This document shows positions 37,423 through 47,151 of a stretch of 64,000 nucleotides of DNA, piece by piece. The stretch's first letter is position 1. The number at the start of each line of letters is the position of its first letter. The stretch is from positions 2,944,001 to 3,008,000 of the forward strand of contig CBDBZU010000004.1 in NCBI GenBank assembly GCA_965213625.1, in the 5' to 3' direction. The notes under the pieces were generated by a model. That model did not search any database and was not told the origin of the DNA. It saw only the letters and a list, made by a program, of their open reading frames with translations. The stretch comes from a bacterium. Lineage in GTDB: Bacteria; UBA8248. The position numbers and the translations under genes are program-made.

Positions 37423-38175
37423 CTAATGCGGCATGTGGGCCGGGTTCCAGAACTCCCCGGTCCGCACCATTTTGGCGATTCGTTCGCCGTGAGGCATCCA
37501 GCCGTTCTCGTTTTTCTTCGCCTGCGTTTCGCAGTCGTACGCCACGCGCTTGGTCTCAACGCGCCACTCGCCATCGCCCAGATATTCCACGACCGAATAG
37601 GCGGGGCGGTAGTCGCCGTCCCAGTTCATTCCGACTGCGGCGGTGCAGACCAGGGTCTGTCCGTCCACTTCGCGGACGTAGGGGCCGTGCACGTGGCCGA
37701 AGGCCATGATCTCCGCATCCGTTCCCTTGATCTTCTCCTTCACCTCCTCGTCCGTGAACCTCAGGGGAATCGCGTCTTCGATGTCGTCCGGTGTAGCGTG
37801 GAAGATGAAGAAATCATGCCCCTTCTCGGGCGTGATCGTCATCGACCACATGAGGCCGTCGAGATAGTCGATCTGCTCGGCGGAGAGGCGCTCGCGCGTC
37901 TTCTTCACCATCTCGTAGAGCCATACATGGTGTTCGTTCTTGGGCGGGTCCGTCTCGTCTTTTCGCTTCGACACCCACCAGTCCAGGTTTCCGGCGAGGA
38001 CGTCCACGTCCTTGCGCCCCATGAAGCGCTCCACCACCTCGGTGGGCTCGGGGCCGAGCATCACCAGATCGCCGATGACGATCTCACGGTCCGCGTTTTC
38101 TTTGGCCACTGCTTCCTGCACGGCATCCAGAGGCGCAAGCTGCGCGTGGATGTCGGAATACAAAATAATTTTCAC
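37423..38175 (-). CDS. Metallophosphoesterase (calcineurin-like)
   Basis: SDIH, GDLV, GNLD, FH and GHVH motifs. Confidence 0.9.
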   Translation of the reverse strand: MKIILYSDIHAQLAPLDAVQEAVAKENADREIVIGDLVMLGPEPTEVVERFMGRKDVDVLAGNLDWWVSKRKDETDPPKNEHHVWLYEMVKKTRERLSAEQIDYLDGLMWSMTITPEKGHDFFIFHATPDDIEDAIPLRFTDEEVKEKIKGTDAEIMAFGHVHGPYVREVDGQTLVCTAAVGMNWDGDYRPAYSVVEYLGDGEWRVETKRVAYDCETQAKKNENGWMPHGERIAKMVRTGEFWNPAHMPH

Positions 38176-38198
38176 GTTGCTATTCCCTTTCCGTTATC

Positions 38199-38238
38199 AA
38201 AAGAACAGGGCCGCCGCACCCGAAGAGCGCGGCGGCCC
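38199..38238 (-). terminator. Hairpin/terminator after the ABC substrate-binding gene
   Basis: GGGCCGCCGC..GCGGCGGCCC stem with a TGTTCTTTT tail on the minus strand. Confidence 0.7.
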
Positions 38239-38259
38239 GTAATCATACTTGTTGAAAAT

Positions 38260-39273
38260 CTAAATTTTGCCTGCCTTGGCCAAGGCCGCTTTCGTCACGC
38301 TGGTGTCGACGATGTCCTCATAAGAGGGAACCTTGCCCTTGATCTTCCCGAGGCGCTTCATGTAGTCCGCCGTGAAGGCAACCGAGGCTTTGGGGATGCC
38401 GTTGTTCACACCCCAGATCTTCTCCGCCACGAAAATGTCATACGTCTTCGACATGATCTCGGGGTTTTTCTTGTAAACGGGGCGCACCCATTTGTTCGCC
38501 GATTTAAGATACCCCGCCTTGTCCTTGTAGATGGATCGGTTGGACTGCATCATCGCCATGGCGAAGCGCACGTAGGCATCCTTGTTCGAGTTGATCTTCG
38601 AAGACGGTGCGATGAACGCCCCGTAGAAGAAGTTCGGCATCGCCTTCCACAGGTCCATCAGCTTGTTGAAGTTGGGCTTTCTCTTCTTGACGACGAGAAC
38701 CTGCTCGACGTGAATCACCACGGCGTCGGCCTTGCCCTTGAGCAGGAACGGAACGCGCGCCGGCGGCGGGGTCTTGATGTATTTGACATCCTTGTCCGTC
38801 AGGCCTGCGGTCGACAGTACGGCGAGTGCGCCCAGGTGGCTGTATCCGCCGCGCCCCTCGATACCGATGGTCTTGCCCTTGAGGTCGGACGGCTTTTTCA
38901 CCTGGTCGTTCCCGGCCATCTGCGCTTCGTTCAGGTAAGCCATGGAGTGGAAGAACTTCATGCCGCTACCCTTGGTGATGCCCACCATCGCTATCGGGGC
39001 CGGCACCCAGGCGGCGTCCAGACCGCTCTTCTTGCTCGTTATCGCCCGGTGCGTGGCGACACCGCCCCGGAAGAATTTGATCTCCACGTCCAGGCCGTGT
39101 TTCTTGAAGATATCGTTGTCCAGCGCGTAAAACACCGGCAGGTGCACCATGACCGGCGGCCGCACGGGCATGCCGAGCACGATCTTGTCTGCGGCAACGG
39201 ACTGCGCCGGCGCGCTCCACATCGTTGCGGCGAGAACGAACGCCGCGACCAAAACCATCCACATCTTTTTCAT
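38260..39273 (-). CDS. NitT/TauT-type ABC substrate-binding protein
   Basis: Signal peptide MKKMWMVLV; FKKHGLDVE, DLKGKTIG and GKADA motifs. Confidence 0.88.
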   Translation of the reverse strand: MKKMWMVLVAAFVLAATMWSAPAQSVAADKIVLGMPVRPPVMVHLPVFYALDNDIFKKHGLDVEIKFFRGGVATHRAITSKKSGLDAAWVPAPIAMVGITKGSGMKFFHSMAYLNEAQMAGNDQVKKPSDLKGKTIGIEGRGGYSHLGALAVLSTAGLTDKDVKYIKTPPPARVPFLLKGKADAVVIHVEQVLVVKKRKPNFNKLMDLWKAMPNFFYGAFIAPSSKINSNKDAYVRFAMAMMQSNRSIYKDKAGYLKSANKWVRPVYKKNPEIMSKTYDIFVAEKIWGVNNGIPKASVAFTADYMKRLGKIKGKVPSYEDIVDTSVTKAALAKAGKI

Positions 39274-39328
39274 TTCAAACTCCTTAAAAAGAATAGAAAA
39301 TTCATGCCTCGACAAGACGCCCACTCAA

Positions 39329-40153
39329 TCAGGACTCTTGCCGAACCCTCCAGGAAGAGAACTTCGTTTCACAGATGTTCACCACTTTCGTTAAAGCTAT
39401 ACCGACTGCCATCAACAAGACAACAGGCGCCAGGCCTTTGTCCAGTTCCAAGTCCCCGATGTAGTCCTGACTCAACGCGCCGAGCCCCGAGATGCTCATC
39501 AGAAACTCCGCGACGACCATGCCCACCAGCGCGCGCCCGCACGCGAGCCCCAGCCCCGCGACGAGATAAGGGACTACGCTCGGGAAAATCAGGTCCCGCC
39601 ATCGCTGGCTCTCCGTGGAGCAGAACGAGCGCGTCACTTCCAAGAGCGAGAGGTCCACGTTCCGCACCCCGTGATAGACGTTCACGATGATAGGCATGAT
39701 GGCGAAGAATACGACGATGGTCGTCTTGCCCACGAAATCCACGCCCAGCACCATGGCTATCGGGAACGCCAGCGCGACCACCGGCGTGGCGTAGAGCGCG
39801 AACACGTAGGTGTCCACGGCGTATTCGAATATCTGGAAGCGCCCCATGAGAATCCCTAAAACGATGCCCATGGGAATCGCGATGAGCAGTCCCGCCACCA
39901 GGATTTGCGAACTCTCATAGGCGGCGGCCGTCATCTGGCCGCTGGCGATCAGGTCCCAGAACGCGACGGATATGGCGCTCGGGTAGCTGAAGGTGACCGG
40001 ATCGATGTTTCCGGTCAGCCCCATCAACTCCCACCCGCCGATGACGACCACAAGCGATATCAAGCGCACGTATACGGCGGGGTCCTTGATGCGCTCCCAG
40101 GATGCTTTTTCTGCCGTCGATACACCTGCTGCCGTCGGGGCGTCGGTAGCCAA
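39329..40153 (-). CDS. NitT/TauT ABC permease
   Basis: Six TM segments, an EAA-like loop and VVAEF..ISGLG. Confidence 0.9.
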   Translation of the reverse strand: MATDAPTAAGVSTAEKASWERIKDPAVYVRLISLVVVIGGWELMGLTGNIDPVTFSYPSAISVAFWDLIASGQMTAAAYESSQILVAGLLIAIPMGIVLGILMGRFQIFEYAVDTYVFALYATPVVALAFPIAMVLGVDFVGKTTIVVFFAIMPIIVNVYHGVRNVDLSLLEVTRSFCSTESQRWRDLIFPSVVPYLVAGLGLACGRALVGMVVAEFLMSISGLGALSQDYIGDLELDKGLAPVVLLMAVGIALTKVVNICETKFSSWRVRQES

Positions 40154-40167
40154 AGGTCTGGTGCCTC

Positions 40168-40977
40168 CTATTCAGCGATAAGTTCGGGTATGGGCTCGGG
40201 CTCTTCGTCGGGGTTGCGCAAGGCTTCCCAGAGGTAATGGCGCAGCGCCTGAAAGCGCTTGCCGCCACGGAGTTCTTCTAGGTTCCTGCCGCGGCCGAAG
40301 CCGGTTTCGAACTCAAAGCGTATTCTCCCGGGCCTGGGCGTCATCACCAGAACGCGGTCTCCGAGCAGGAGCGCCTCGTCGATGCTGTGGGTGATGAAAA
40401 TCATCGCCTTGGGCTCCGCTTCGTTGATGCGCAGCAATTCCTCCTGCAGGGTTTCGCGCGTGAGGGCATCGAGAGCGCCGAAGGGCTCATCCATCAGCAG
40501 GACGTCGGGCTGCGCGGCGAGCGCCCTCGCAAGGCCCGCTCTTTGCTGCATCCCGCCCGATAGCTGCGAGGGGTAGTTCGCCTCGAAACCGCCCAGACCC
40601 ACCAGCTCCGTGTAGTGGCTCACCAGGCTGTCGATTTCACTCTTATCCTTGCCCTGTATCCTGAGCGCGTAGCCGATATTCTGATCCAGGCGCTTCCAGG
40701 GGAAAAGCCCGAAATTCTGAAAAACCATGGCCATCTCGGGCCTCGGACCGTCCACCACCTCGCCCTTGAAGGACACCTCGCCCCTCTCGCAGAGAATGAG
40801 TCCGTTCACGATGCGAAGGAGCGTCGTCTTCCCGCACCCGCTGGGCCCCAGCACCGTCAGGATTTCCTGGGTCTTCACGTCGATGTCGATGTCATCGAGC
40901 ACATGGAGGGACCCGAACCATTTCCCGACGCCTTGAAGGCGCAGTGTCGGATTCGTGCCGTTGTCGGATGAAGACAT
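40168..40977 (-). CDS. NitT/TauT ABC ATP-binding protein
   Basis: GPSGCGKT, LSGGMQQR, MDEPFGALD and ITHS motifs. Confidence 0.95.
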   Translation of the reverse strand: MSSSDNGTNPTLRLQGVGKWFGSLHVLDDIDIDVKTQEILTVLGPSGCGKTTLLRIVNGLILCERGEVSFKGEVVDGPRPEMAMVFQNFGLFPWKRLDQNIGYALRIQGKDKSEIDSLVSHYTELVGLGGFEANYPSQLSGGMQQRAGLARALAAQPDVLLMDEPFGALDALTRETLQEELLRINEAEPKAMIFITHSIDEALLLGDRVLVMTPRPGRIRFEFETGFGRGRNLEELRGGKRFQALRHYLWEALRNPDEEPEPIPELIAE

Positions 40978-41191
40978 GAATAAGAGAATTCCTGTAGAGA
41001 AAAAGCGGCTTTATATGTTTCCTTCGGATGGGGAGATGATTCGCCACGCAACTCAAACCGTGGACTGATAGAACACTTATGAAAAAAGGCGATGCCTGCT
41101 CGCCATCCAGAGCCGTTAAAAATAATTGTGGGAGATTAGCATCCTTTAAATGAGGCGGCAAACACGGGGTTTCGCTCCCGCTGCCCCTTCC

Positions 41192-41584
41192 CTATTCCTC
41201 GCCGATGACGGCGACGGCCTGTATTTCCACCATCATTTCCGGCTTTGCGAAACCCGCCACCGTGATCAAGGCGCTGCCGGGATATCCATCCGGGAAATAC
41301 TGCTTTCTGAGATCGACGAACCGATCCCCATACTGGACGTTCAGAGTGAAGACGGTCATCGTCACGATGTCCTGAAGTTTTCCGCCCGCCCGCTCCAGGG
41401 TTCGCTCAATCTGGCGAAACGTGGCGTGCACCTGCGCGTCGAAATCTCCCGCCAGCACGTTTCCCCGCTCATCGCGCCACATCCCTACGCCGGCAAGCCA
41501 GATGTGCTCGCCTCCTTTCGTCTTCACCGCAGGCGAAAAGGAACGATCCTCCTGCCAGGTGCCCTTGAAATACTCGCGCGCCAT
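41192..41584 (-). CDS. RidA family protein
   Basis: FDAQ..TF, YPGSALI and MVEIQAVA motifs. The start MAREY overlaps the MFS stop. Confidence 0.85.
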   Translation of the reverse strand: MAREYFKGTWQEDRSFSPAVKTKGGEHIWLAGVGMWRDERGNVLAGDFDAQVHATFRQIERTLERAGGKLQDIVTMTVFTLNVQYGDRFVDLRKQYFPDGYPGSALITVAGFAKPEMMVEIQAVAVIGEE

Positions 41585-42810
41585 TATGTTGCCTCCCCGG
41601 GTTTTGATGTTTCCGTTTTTTTGCCTCTTAACTGCACCGATGCCGAAACGGCCAGCCAGCTCATGATCGCAAAACAAAAATAGCTCGCATCCAGATTCAC
41701 CTGCTCGGCGAGCCACCCGCCCAGCAATGGGGCGAGGAAACTCAAGCCGTGGCAGGTATAAATGAATCCGACGGATGAAGCGAGAATATCCTTTTCCGAG
41801 AAATCAGCCGCCGCGGTGAGGATAATCGGGCTCACGAACCCGACGACACCCGTCAATGCCGAAAGAATATAAAACCCCGTTTCCCACCCCATGAACGGCA
41901 GGGCGAAAACGAATACTCCCAGCAGCGTCAAGGGCCAGAACAAAGCGGCCCGCGCCCCCCAGCGGTTATACAGGACTCCCATCAATGGTTTGGCCAACAT
42001 GCCGAACCCGAAATGGAGCGATACGGCCACGCCGATTTGCGCCGTGTTCATCCCCAGGTTCGAGGTCGCCAGAAGGGGGAGAAAACCTATCATTCCCTTG
42101 GTGCACATGCCGCGCAAAGTGTAGGTCGCCGCCAGCCACACCGTGTTTTTGTTCTCGACGACCCGCCTGATGATGGAGAAGACTTTCAGGTCCGCCGTTT
42201 TTCCCGCTTCGCGAATGGAGCGATTTCTCCCTTCGCTGAACCGTGCGTTCACCAGAGGGAGGAGCGCTATGGCGGGGGCCGCGCATGCGCCGACCGCCGC
42301 GCGCCATCCGGCTACCGCCGCCAGCGCCGCCTGGGCCAGCGGGAGGATGCTGGTTCCCAGATTGCCGCCCAGGCTGTGCCACGAAATGGCGAATGCGCGG
42401 TCGCGCTCGAAGCGATTCGCCGTCAGCGCCGTTCCGCACGGGTGGTAAACGGAATTGCCCGCGCCCGCCAGAAACGCCAGGGCGCACATAGGCAAGAACC
42501 GGCTCACCCAAATCATCGCCATGAAAGAGGCGGCGGAGAGGCCCATGCCCATCAGCAGGATTCGTTTTCTGGCGCCCGTGCTGTCCGCCAGTATGGAGAG
42601 GGGGTATTGGAAGATCATCTGCCCCAGACTGAAAGTGCTGAGGAGGACTCCCACTTCGAAGGGAGAGAGGTCGAGATCCACGACGATGAGCGCGAGAACG
42701 GGAACGAGCATGTTGGAGAACCCGTCACTCAGCCCGTGGGTAAAACCGATGACGCTCAGATCGAAATAATCACCGAGCCTCCAAGCCGGTTTTTGCGCTT
42801 GTGTGGTCAC
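41584..42810 (-). CDS. MFS transporter (FSR-like)
   Basis: About 12 TM segments; YHP.G and HSLGGNLG motifs. The GTG start overlaps the upstream stop. Confidence 0.87.
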   Translation of the reverse strand: MTTQAQKPAWRLGDYFDLSVIGFTHGLSDGFSNMLVPVLALIVVDLDLSPFEVGVLLSTFSLGQMIFQYPLSILADSTGARKRILLMGMGLSAASFMAMIWVSRFLPMCALAFLAGAGNSVYHPCGTALTANRFERDRAFAISWHSLGGNLGTSILPLAQAALAAVAGWRAAVGACAAPAIALLPLVNARFSEGRNRSIREAGKTADLKVFSIIRRVVENKNTVWLAATYTLRGMCTKGMIGFLPLLATSNLGMNTAQIGVAVSLHFGFGMLAKPLMGVLYNRWGARAALFWPLTLLGVFVFALPFMGWETGFYILSALTGVVGFVSPIILTAAADFSEKDILASSVGFIYTCHGLSFLAPLLGGWLAEQVNLDASYFCFAIMSWLAVSASVQLRGKKTETSKPGEAT

Positions 42811-43865
42811 TACGATGCGGGAAGATCGCGCCAGGCGGGAACGATGCCTCCGCCGTCGGCTTCCATGACCGCGCGGCAAATCGCGTGGCCGACAGCCTTG
42901 ATGGCGGCTGCGCCTACGACGTCGAGCGCCGCCTCTCGCTCCCCGTGAGAGAGCGCGAACACCATGTCTCCATCCACCGTCGTATAGGAGGGGCGGACAG
43001 TCCGAATGAGTCCGTTCGTCGCCAATTGGGCGAGTTTGTGGGTTTCTGTTTTCGTCAGGCGGGCATTCGTCGCCACGGCGACCAGCGTCGTGTTCTGGGA
43101 AGTGTTGGAAAACCCCTCAAAAGGTCGTCCGTGGATTCTCAGGTGTTCTTCCGTATCCACGATCCCCTGCTCGGGGGGCATCGCCCTGGGTCCGGCAACC
43201 GGTTTTCCCGTCTCCGGGTCGTACACGCCGCCGAAGGCGTTCACCGCGGCAATCGCGCCAACGACACCACCCCCCGGCAGCGCAACGCTCGCCGTACCGA
43301 CGCCGCCCTTCATGGCTCGTTCCTGGCCGAACAGTTTCCCGATCGTGGCGCCCGCGCCTGCGCCCACGCTCCCCTGGGGGCCTTCGGCGTTCGAAGCCGC
43401 ATCGCATGCGGCGCGCCCCATCGCAGCGTTCGGACGGACTCTGCCGTCACCGAAATGCAGATCGAACAACACACCTGCTGCGACCGTGGGCACGTTGAAT
43501 AGCCCGGTTGGAAACCCCCTGCCCTGCTCCTCGAGAAAGGCCATGACACCGTCGGCAGAAGCCAGGCCGAACGCGCTGCCTCCCGTCAAGACGATCGCGT
43601 CCACGCCGCCGACCAGATGCTCGGCGCGCAGCGCATCCATGCCGCGCGTCGCCGTCGCCGTGCCTCGTAATTCGCACGCCCCGACGGTCCCTGGAGGGCA
43701 TAGCACCACGGAGACGCCCGTCCTGGCTTCTTCATCGTGCGCGTGGCCGAGGTAAAAGCCCGGCACGTCGGTTATGCAGCCTGTGAGGTCAGAGAGATTC
43801 AGAAGAGAGACTCCTCGTTTCCTCGGGCATCGATCGATCCGCCTAGTCCGCGACGGGCAATTCAC
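42810..43865 (-). CDS. DmpA/peptidase S58 (P1) family protein
   Basis: ITDVPGFYLGH, TGGSAFGL, GAGAGA, KGGVG, NTTL and DGDMVFALS motifs. The true start is probably near 43800. Confidence 0.88.
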   Translation of the reverse strand: MNCPSRTRRIDRCPRKRGVSLLNLSDLTGCITDVPGFYLGHAHDEEARTGVSVVLCPPGTVGACELRGTATATRGMDALRAEHLVGGVDAIVLTGGSAFGLASADGVMAFLEEQGRGFPTGLFNVPTVAAGVLFDLHFGDGRVRPNAAMGRAACDAASNAEGPQGSVGAGAGATIGKLFGQERAMKGGVGTASVALPGGGVVGAIAAVNAFGGVYDPETGKPVAGPRAMPPEQGIVDTEEHLRIHGRPFEGFSNTSQNTTLVAVATNARLTKTETHKLAQLATNGLIRTVRPSYTTVDGDMVFALSHGEREAALDVVGAAAIKAVGHAICRAVMEADGGGIVPAWRDLPAS

Positions 43866-44499
43866 CGGACGACGGGCCGGGCAGCTCGCCGGTTTCGAGG
43901 ATGCTGTCGATGACGTATTTGTATTGTTCCGCCGGCACCGCGCCGACCATGACCGCTTGGTCGTTCACGACGACGGAGGGGATGCCCGTTATCCCTAAAT
44001 TCGTGGCTTCCATGTATTCCTTGACGGCCTTTTCCTTCAAACCCCCGCTTTCGAGTGTGTCACGGTACCTGTCCATATCCAGACCGCTTTTCTCCGCCAC
44101 GTCGCTCACCACTTCGGGGTTCGATATGTTCCTGTTTTCCGTGAAGAAGGCGGCCAGAAGATTATCGTGGAATTTTTCCCACTCTTCGGGGCCCTGGAAC
44201 CTCGCCGCCAGCCCGGCTTCCGCTGAGGGCATCGAGCAGTTCGGGAATTCCTCCTCGCTCTCCCACAAGGTGAAATCGCCGGAATCTGGCTGTGAATCCG
44301 CGTTCGTCCAGTGGTTTTTCCGGTAATCGTTGAACACCGCCGTGGGGTCCGGCTCGGGCCTCAGCATGAATACCCTGTACTGGATTTCGACTTTATCTCC
44401 GTATTCTTCTTTAATCTTCTTCAGGCGCACGGCCGAGTTGAAGCACCAGGGTCACAAAAAATCGCTGTAAACCGTGAACCGTACAGGGGCGTTCTCCAT
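43843..44499 (-). CDS. DsbA/FrnE-like thiol oxidoreductase with in-frame UGA (probable selenocysteine, UPWC)
   Basis: AGGAG RBS, then MENAPVRFTVYSDFL-TGA(44452-44454)-PWCFNSAVRL in frame with the track ORF; C-terminal GITGIP..GAVP. Confidence 0.85.
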
Positions 44500-44555
44500 T
44501 TCTCTCTCCTTTGGCTCCGGGCGAATGACGCCGGCGCAGACTGATGAACGGCAAA

Positions 44556-45443
44556 CTATAGTCTCATGTGCCTCATATGCACCTTCACTTTCTCGCCGAT
44601 GCCCGTTTCCAGAAACTGGGCGGCATTTCCTTCGGGCACGAATATCTCCAGCCGAGTCCAGCTGTTGAACTGCGCGCCGAGATCACCCGTCTTCACCGCC
44701 TGATAGAATTCGCTCACTCCGTTAATCACGTGGCCGCCAATTTCGATGATCGGCAAATGCGCGACATCGTCTTCTCCATACTCGAAACGCCAGAAAGTCG
44801 TGGTGTCGATGTTCGTCACGAGGTTACCGTAATGATCGACGTAGATGACCTCGCCGGAGATGGTATCGGAGTCCTCGAATTCCACTGCCGGGAAATCGAA
44901 GCGCACCGGATCGGTGATGATGGATCCGAAATCCTCCGGTGGAGCTCCGTAGGAGAGATGCCCCGCGACGGGCGCGAAAATATCCCTGCCGTGGAAGGTG
45001 GAACTCACCTCGTCCAGGAAAAACGCATCTTCTTCGAGCTCTCTCGTCCACATATAGAGGGGGTCGTCATACACGCAGGAAAACATGCCGTTGTCCGGCC
45101 CCACGAAGTAATAGTTTTCCGTGGCGGCTATAACCCCCCTTCGGCTGCTTCCCACGCCGGGGTCCACGACCGCCAAATGAATCGTACCGCGCGGAAAGTA
45201 ATGCGCCGAGGACCCCAGAATCAACGACGCCGCCTTGACGTCGTAAGGCGCTACGGAGTGGGTGATGTCCACAAGCCGGGCCATCGGGTTGATAGCCAGG
45301 ACGACGCCCTTCATCACTCCCACATAGTGTTCATCGCTACCGAAATCCGTGAGGAGCGTGACGATCGGCTGCGCGCCGCTTTCCTCTTCGTAATCGGGTG
45401 CGCCCTCGTGAAAAGGATTTGGACGCGATTGATCGTCCGTCAT
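44556..45443 (-). CDS. SAM hydroxide adenosyltransferase (DUF62)
   Basis: TLLTDFG, AVVDPGVGSSR, GPDNG, STFHGRDIFAP and DHYGN motifs. The start overlaps the mtaB stop. Confidence 0.9.
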   Translation of the reverse strand: MTDDQSRPNPFHEGAPDYEEESGAQPIVTLLTDFGSDEHYVGVMKGVVLAINPMARLVDITHSVAPYDVKAASLILGSSAHYFPRGTIHLAVVDPGVGSSRRGVIAATENYYFVGPDNGMFSCVYDDPLYMWTRELEEDAFFLDEVSSTFHGRDIFAPVAGHLSYGAPPEDFGSIITDPVRFDFPAVEFEDSDTISGEVIYVDHYGNLVTNIDTTTFWRFEYGEDDVAHLPIIEIGGHVINGVSEFYQAVKTGDLGAQFNSWTRLEIFVPEGNAAQFLETGIGEKVKVHMRHMRL

Positions 45444-46831
45444 GGCGCTAACTCCCCCCATAAGGCATCCGACCTTGCGGCGATGCGGGAAAATCCATTC
45501 TTCGCGGGTAAAGATGCGAGCCGCACCGGAACCGTGCGCCCTATCCATTCATCAGGACCGGACGCCAGCACGCGGATGTAATTGTCCGACAAGCCGGTGA
45601 GAAGGCCGTCTTCAGTACGTTTGCTCTCGATCAACACGTCCGTTTCCTCCCCGGTTTGCGAGGAGACGAACGCCGCCCATTTCCTGCGGCCCAATTCCTG
45701 TAAGGCGCGCGCGCGGGCTTTCTGCTCGGCCTTTGGAATCTGCTCCGGCATTTCGATAGCCGCCGTCCCCTCGCGCGGCGAATACGGGAAAACGTGCAGA
45801 TACGCCAATGGCGATTCCCGCACCCATTCCATGGTCCGCTCGAACGCCTCCTTGCTCTCACCGGGAAAGCCGACGATGAAATCTCCGCCGAGGCAAGCCC
45901 CGTCTATTTTTCTTGCGATTTCATCGAACCGGCGCGCGCAGCGCTCGGCGGTATAGTTACGGTTCATCGCCGCGAGCGTTTCATCGTCCCCGCTCTGGAC
46001 GGGTATGTGGAAATGGCGGCAAATGTATCTTCCCCCATTCGACCTGGCAGGACTATACGCCTCGCCCGCCACGACGCGTATCAGTTCTCGCGTGAATTCC
46101 CCCGGCTCCACGGAGGAGAGCCTGAGGCGGAAATTTTTTTCAATCTCAAGCAATCGGCTCACCAGACGGCTCAGGGTGCTGCGCGGCTTGATGTCCCTGC
46201 CGTATGCGCCGAGGTGAATGCCGGTGAGCACCAGTTCCTCGTGCCCTCCAGTTAGCAGGGTACCGGCATGCGCAGCGCACGATTCCATTTCCAGCGAGCG
46301 GCTCGCCCCGCGCGCGATGGTCGTCGCGCAAAATGTGCAGGAAAAGTTGCACCCGTCCTGAACCTTGAGGTACGCCCGCGTCCTGCTGCCGAATTGAGGC
46401 AGGACGACGCTCTCGATATCGAGGCTTTCCTCGATGGGAGAAACCCGCATTTCGGGCTTCTCACCTCCAAGGAGCGGTATCGCCAGTTCATCGGGGAGCC
46501 TCAGTTTCTCCCTGTTTCCGAGCAGGAGGTCGACTTCCGGGATCAGCATATTCTCCGCGTTTGCCTGGGCGGAGCATCCCGCAATGACGACCTTGGCGTC
46601 CGGGCCGCCCGTCCGCCGCGCCTTGCGCGCCAGTCGCCTGCCCTCGCGGTCGGCTTCGGCCGTGACCGTGCAGCTGTTGACGACGTAGACGTCCGCTTCC
46701 TCTCCAAACGGAACCAACTCGAAACCAGCCCCCGCAGAGAGGTGCTTCATGGCTTCACCCTCGGCGTGGTTGAGCTTGCAGCCCAGATTGGCCAGGGCGA
46801 GGCGCAGGGGTTTCGCGCTTGCGCTCTTCAT
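45440..46831 (-). CDS. mtaB: tRNA t6A37 methylthiotransferase
   Basis: LGCKLN, NSCTVT, KVQDGCNFSCTFC, HVFPYSPREGT motifs and a TRAM-like C-terminus. Confidence 0.92.
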   Translation of the reverse strand: MKSASAKPLRLALANLGCKLNHAEGEAMKHLSAGAGFELVPFGEEADVYVVNSCTVTAEADREGRRLARKARRTGGPDAKVVIAGCSAQANAENMLIPEVDLLLGNREKLRLPDELAIPLLGGEKPEMRVSPIEESLDIESVVLPQFGSRTRAYLKVQDGCNFSCTFCATTIARGASRSLEMESCAAHAGTLLTGGHEELVLTGIHLGAYGRDIKPRSTLSRLVSRLLEIEKNFRLRLSSVEPGEFTRELIRVVAGEAYSPARSNGGRYICRHFHIPVQSGDDETLAAMNRNYTAERCARRFDEIARKIDGACLGGDFIVGFPGESKEAFERTMEWVRESPLAYLHVFPYSPREGTAAIEMPEQIPKAEQKARARALQELGRRKWAAFVSSQTGEETDVLIESKRTEDGLLTGLSDNYIRVLASGPDEWIGRTVPVRLASLPAKNGFSRIAARSDALWGELAP

Positions 46832-47151
46832 GGCTTAACTCACCTCGTTCATGCCGACTACCTTCAACTGTTGAAAAATGCTACTTTTACAGCGAATCTT
46901 ACGCTTAGCGCAAATTGGCCCGCAAGGGCTGTTTCGCTTGACGAGAAAGAGCGGCAGTTGGTAGGGTAGCTCCGCCCGTAAGAGAGTGATAACGATTTGT
47001 TCGGCCAGTTCATCGGGGGACGCAGGCTGGCTATGTCACTCTGAGCGTTTTTCTTGTCCCCTTCTGTCGAATATGATTCGGCTTCGTTTTCAGTTTTCAT
47101 TGCAGGCATTGGTTGATTCTATTTCAGTAGATTTGAGGAGAGTTTCCGTCT

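Noticed and set aside
37414-39690. 758-aa plus-strand ORF
   Set aside because: It is an antisense shadow of well-supported minus-strand genes in GC-rich DNA and has no recognisable motifs. The same applies to most other overlapping track ORFs.
44556-45443. SAM-dependent chlorinase/fluorinase
   Set aside because: It retains the DUF62 hydrolase Asp/Arg/His pattern (VVDPGVG..R, TFHGRD) and has no biosynthetic context.
46832-47151. Small ORF 46864..47109 or a Moco riboswitch upstream of the coxM-like gene
   Set aside because: No recognisable protein or RNA consensus; most likely a divergent promoter region.
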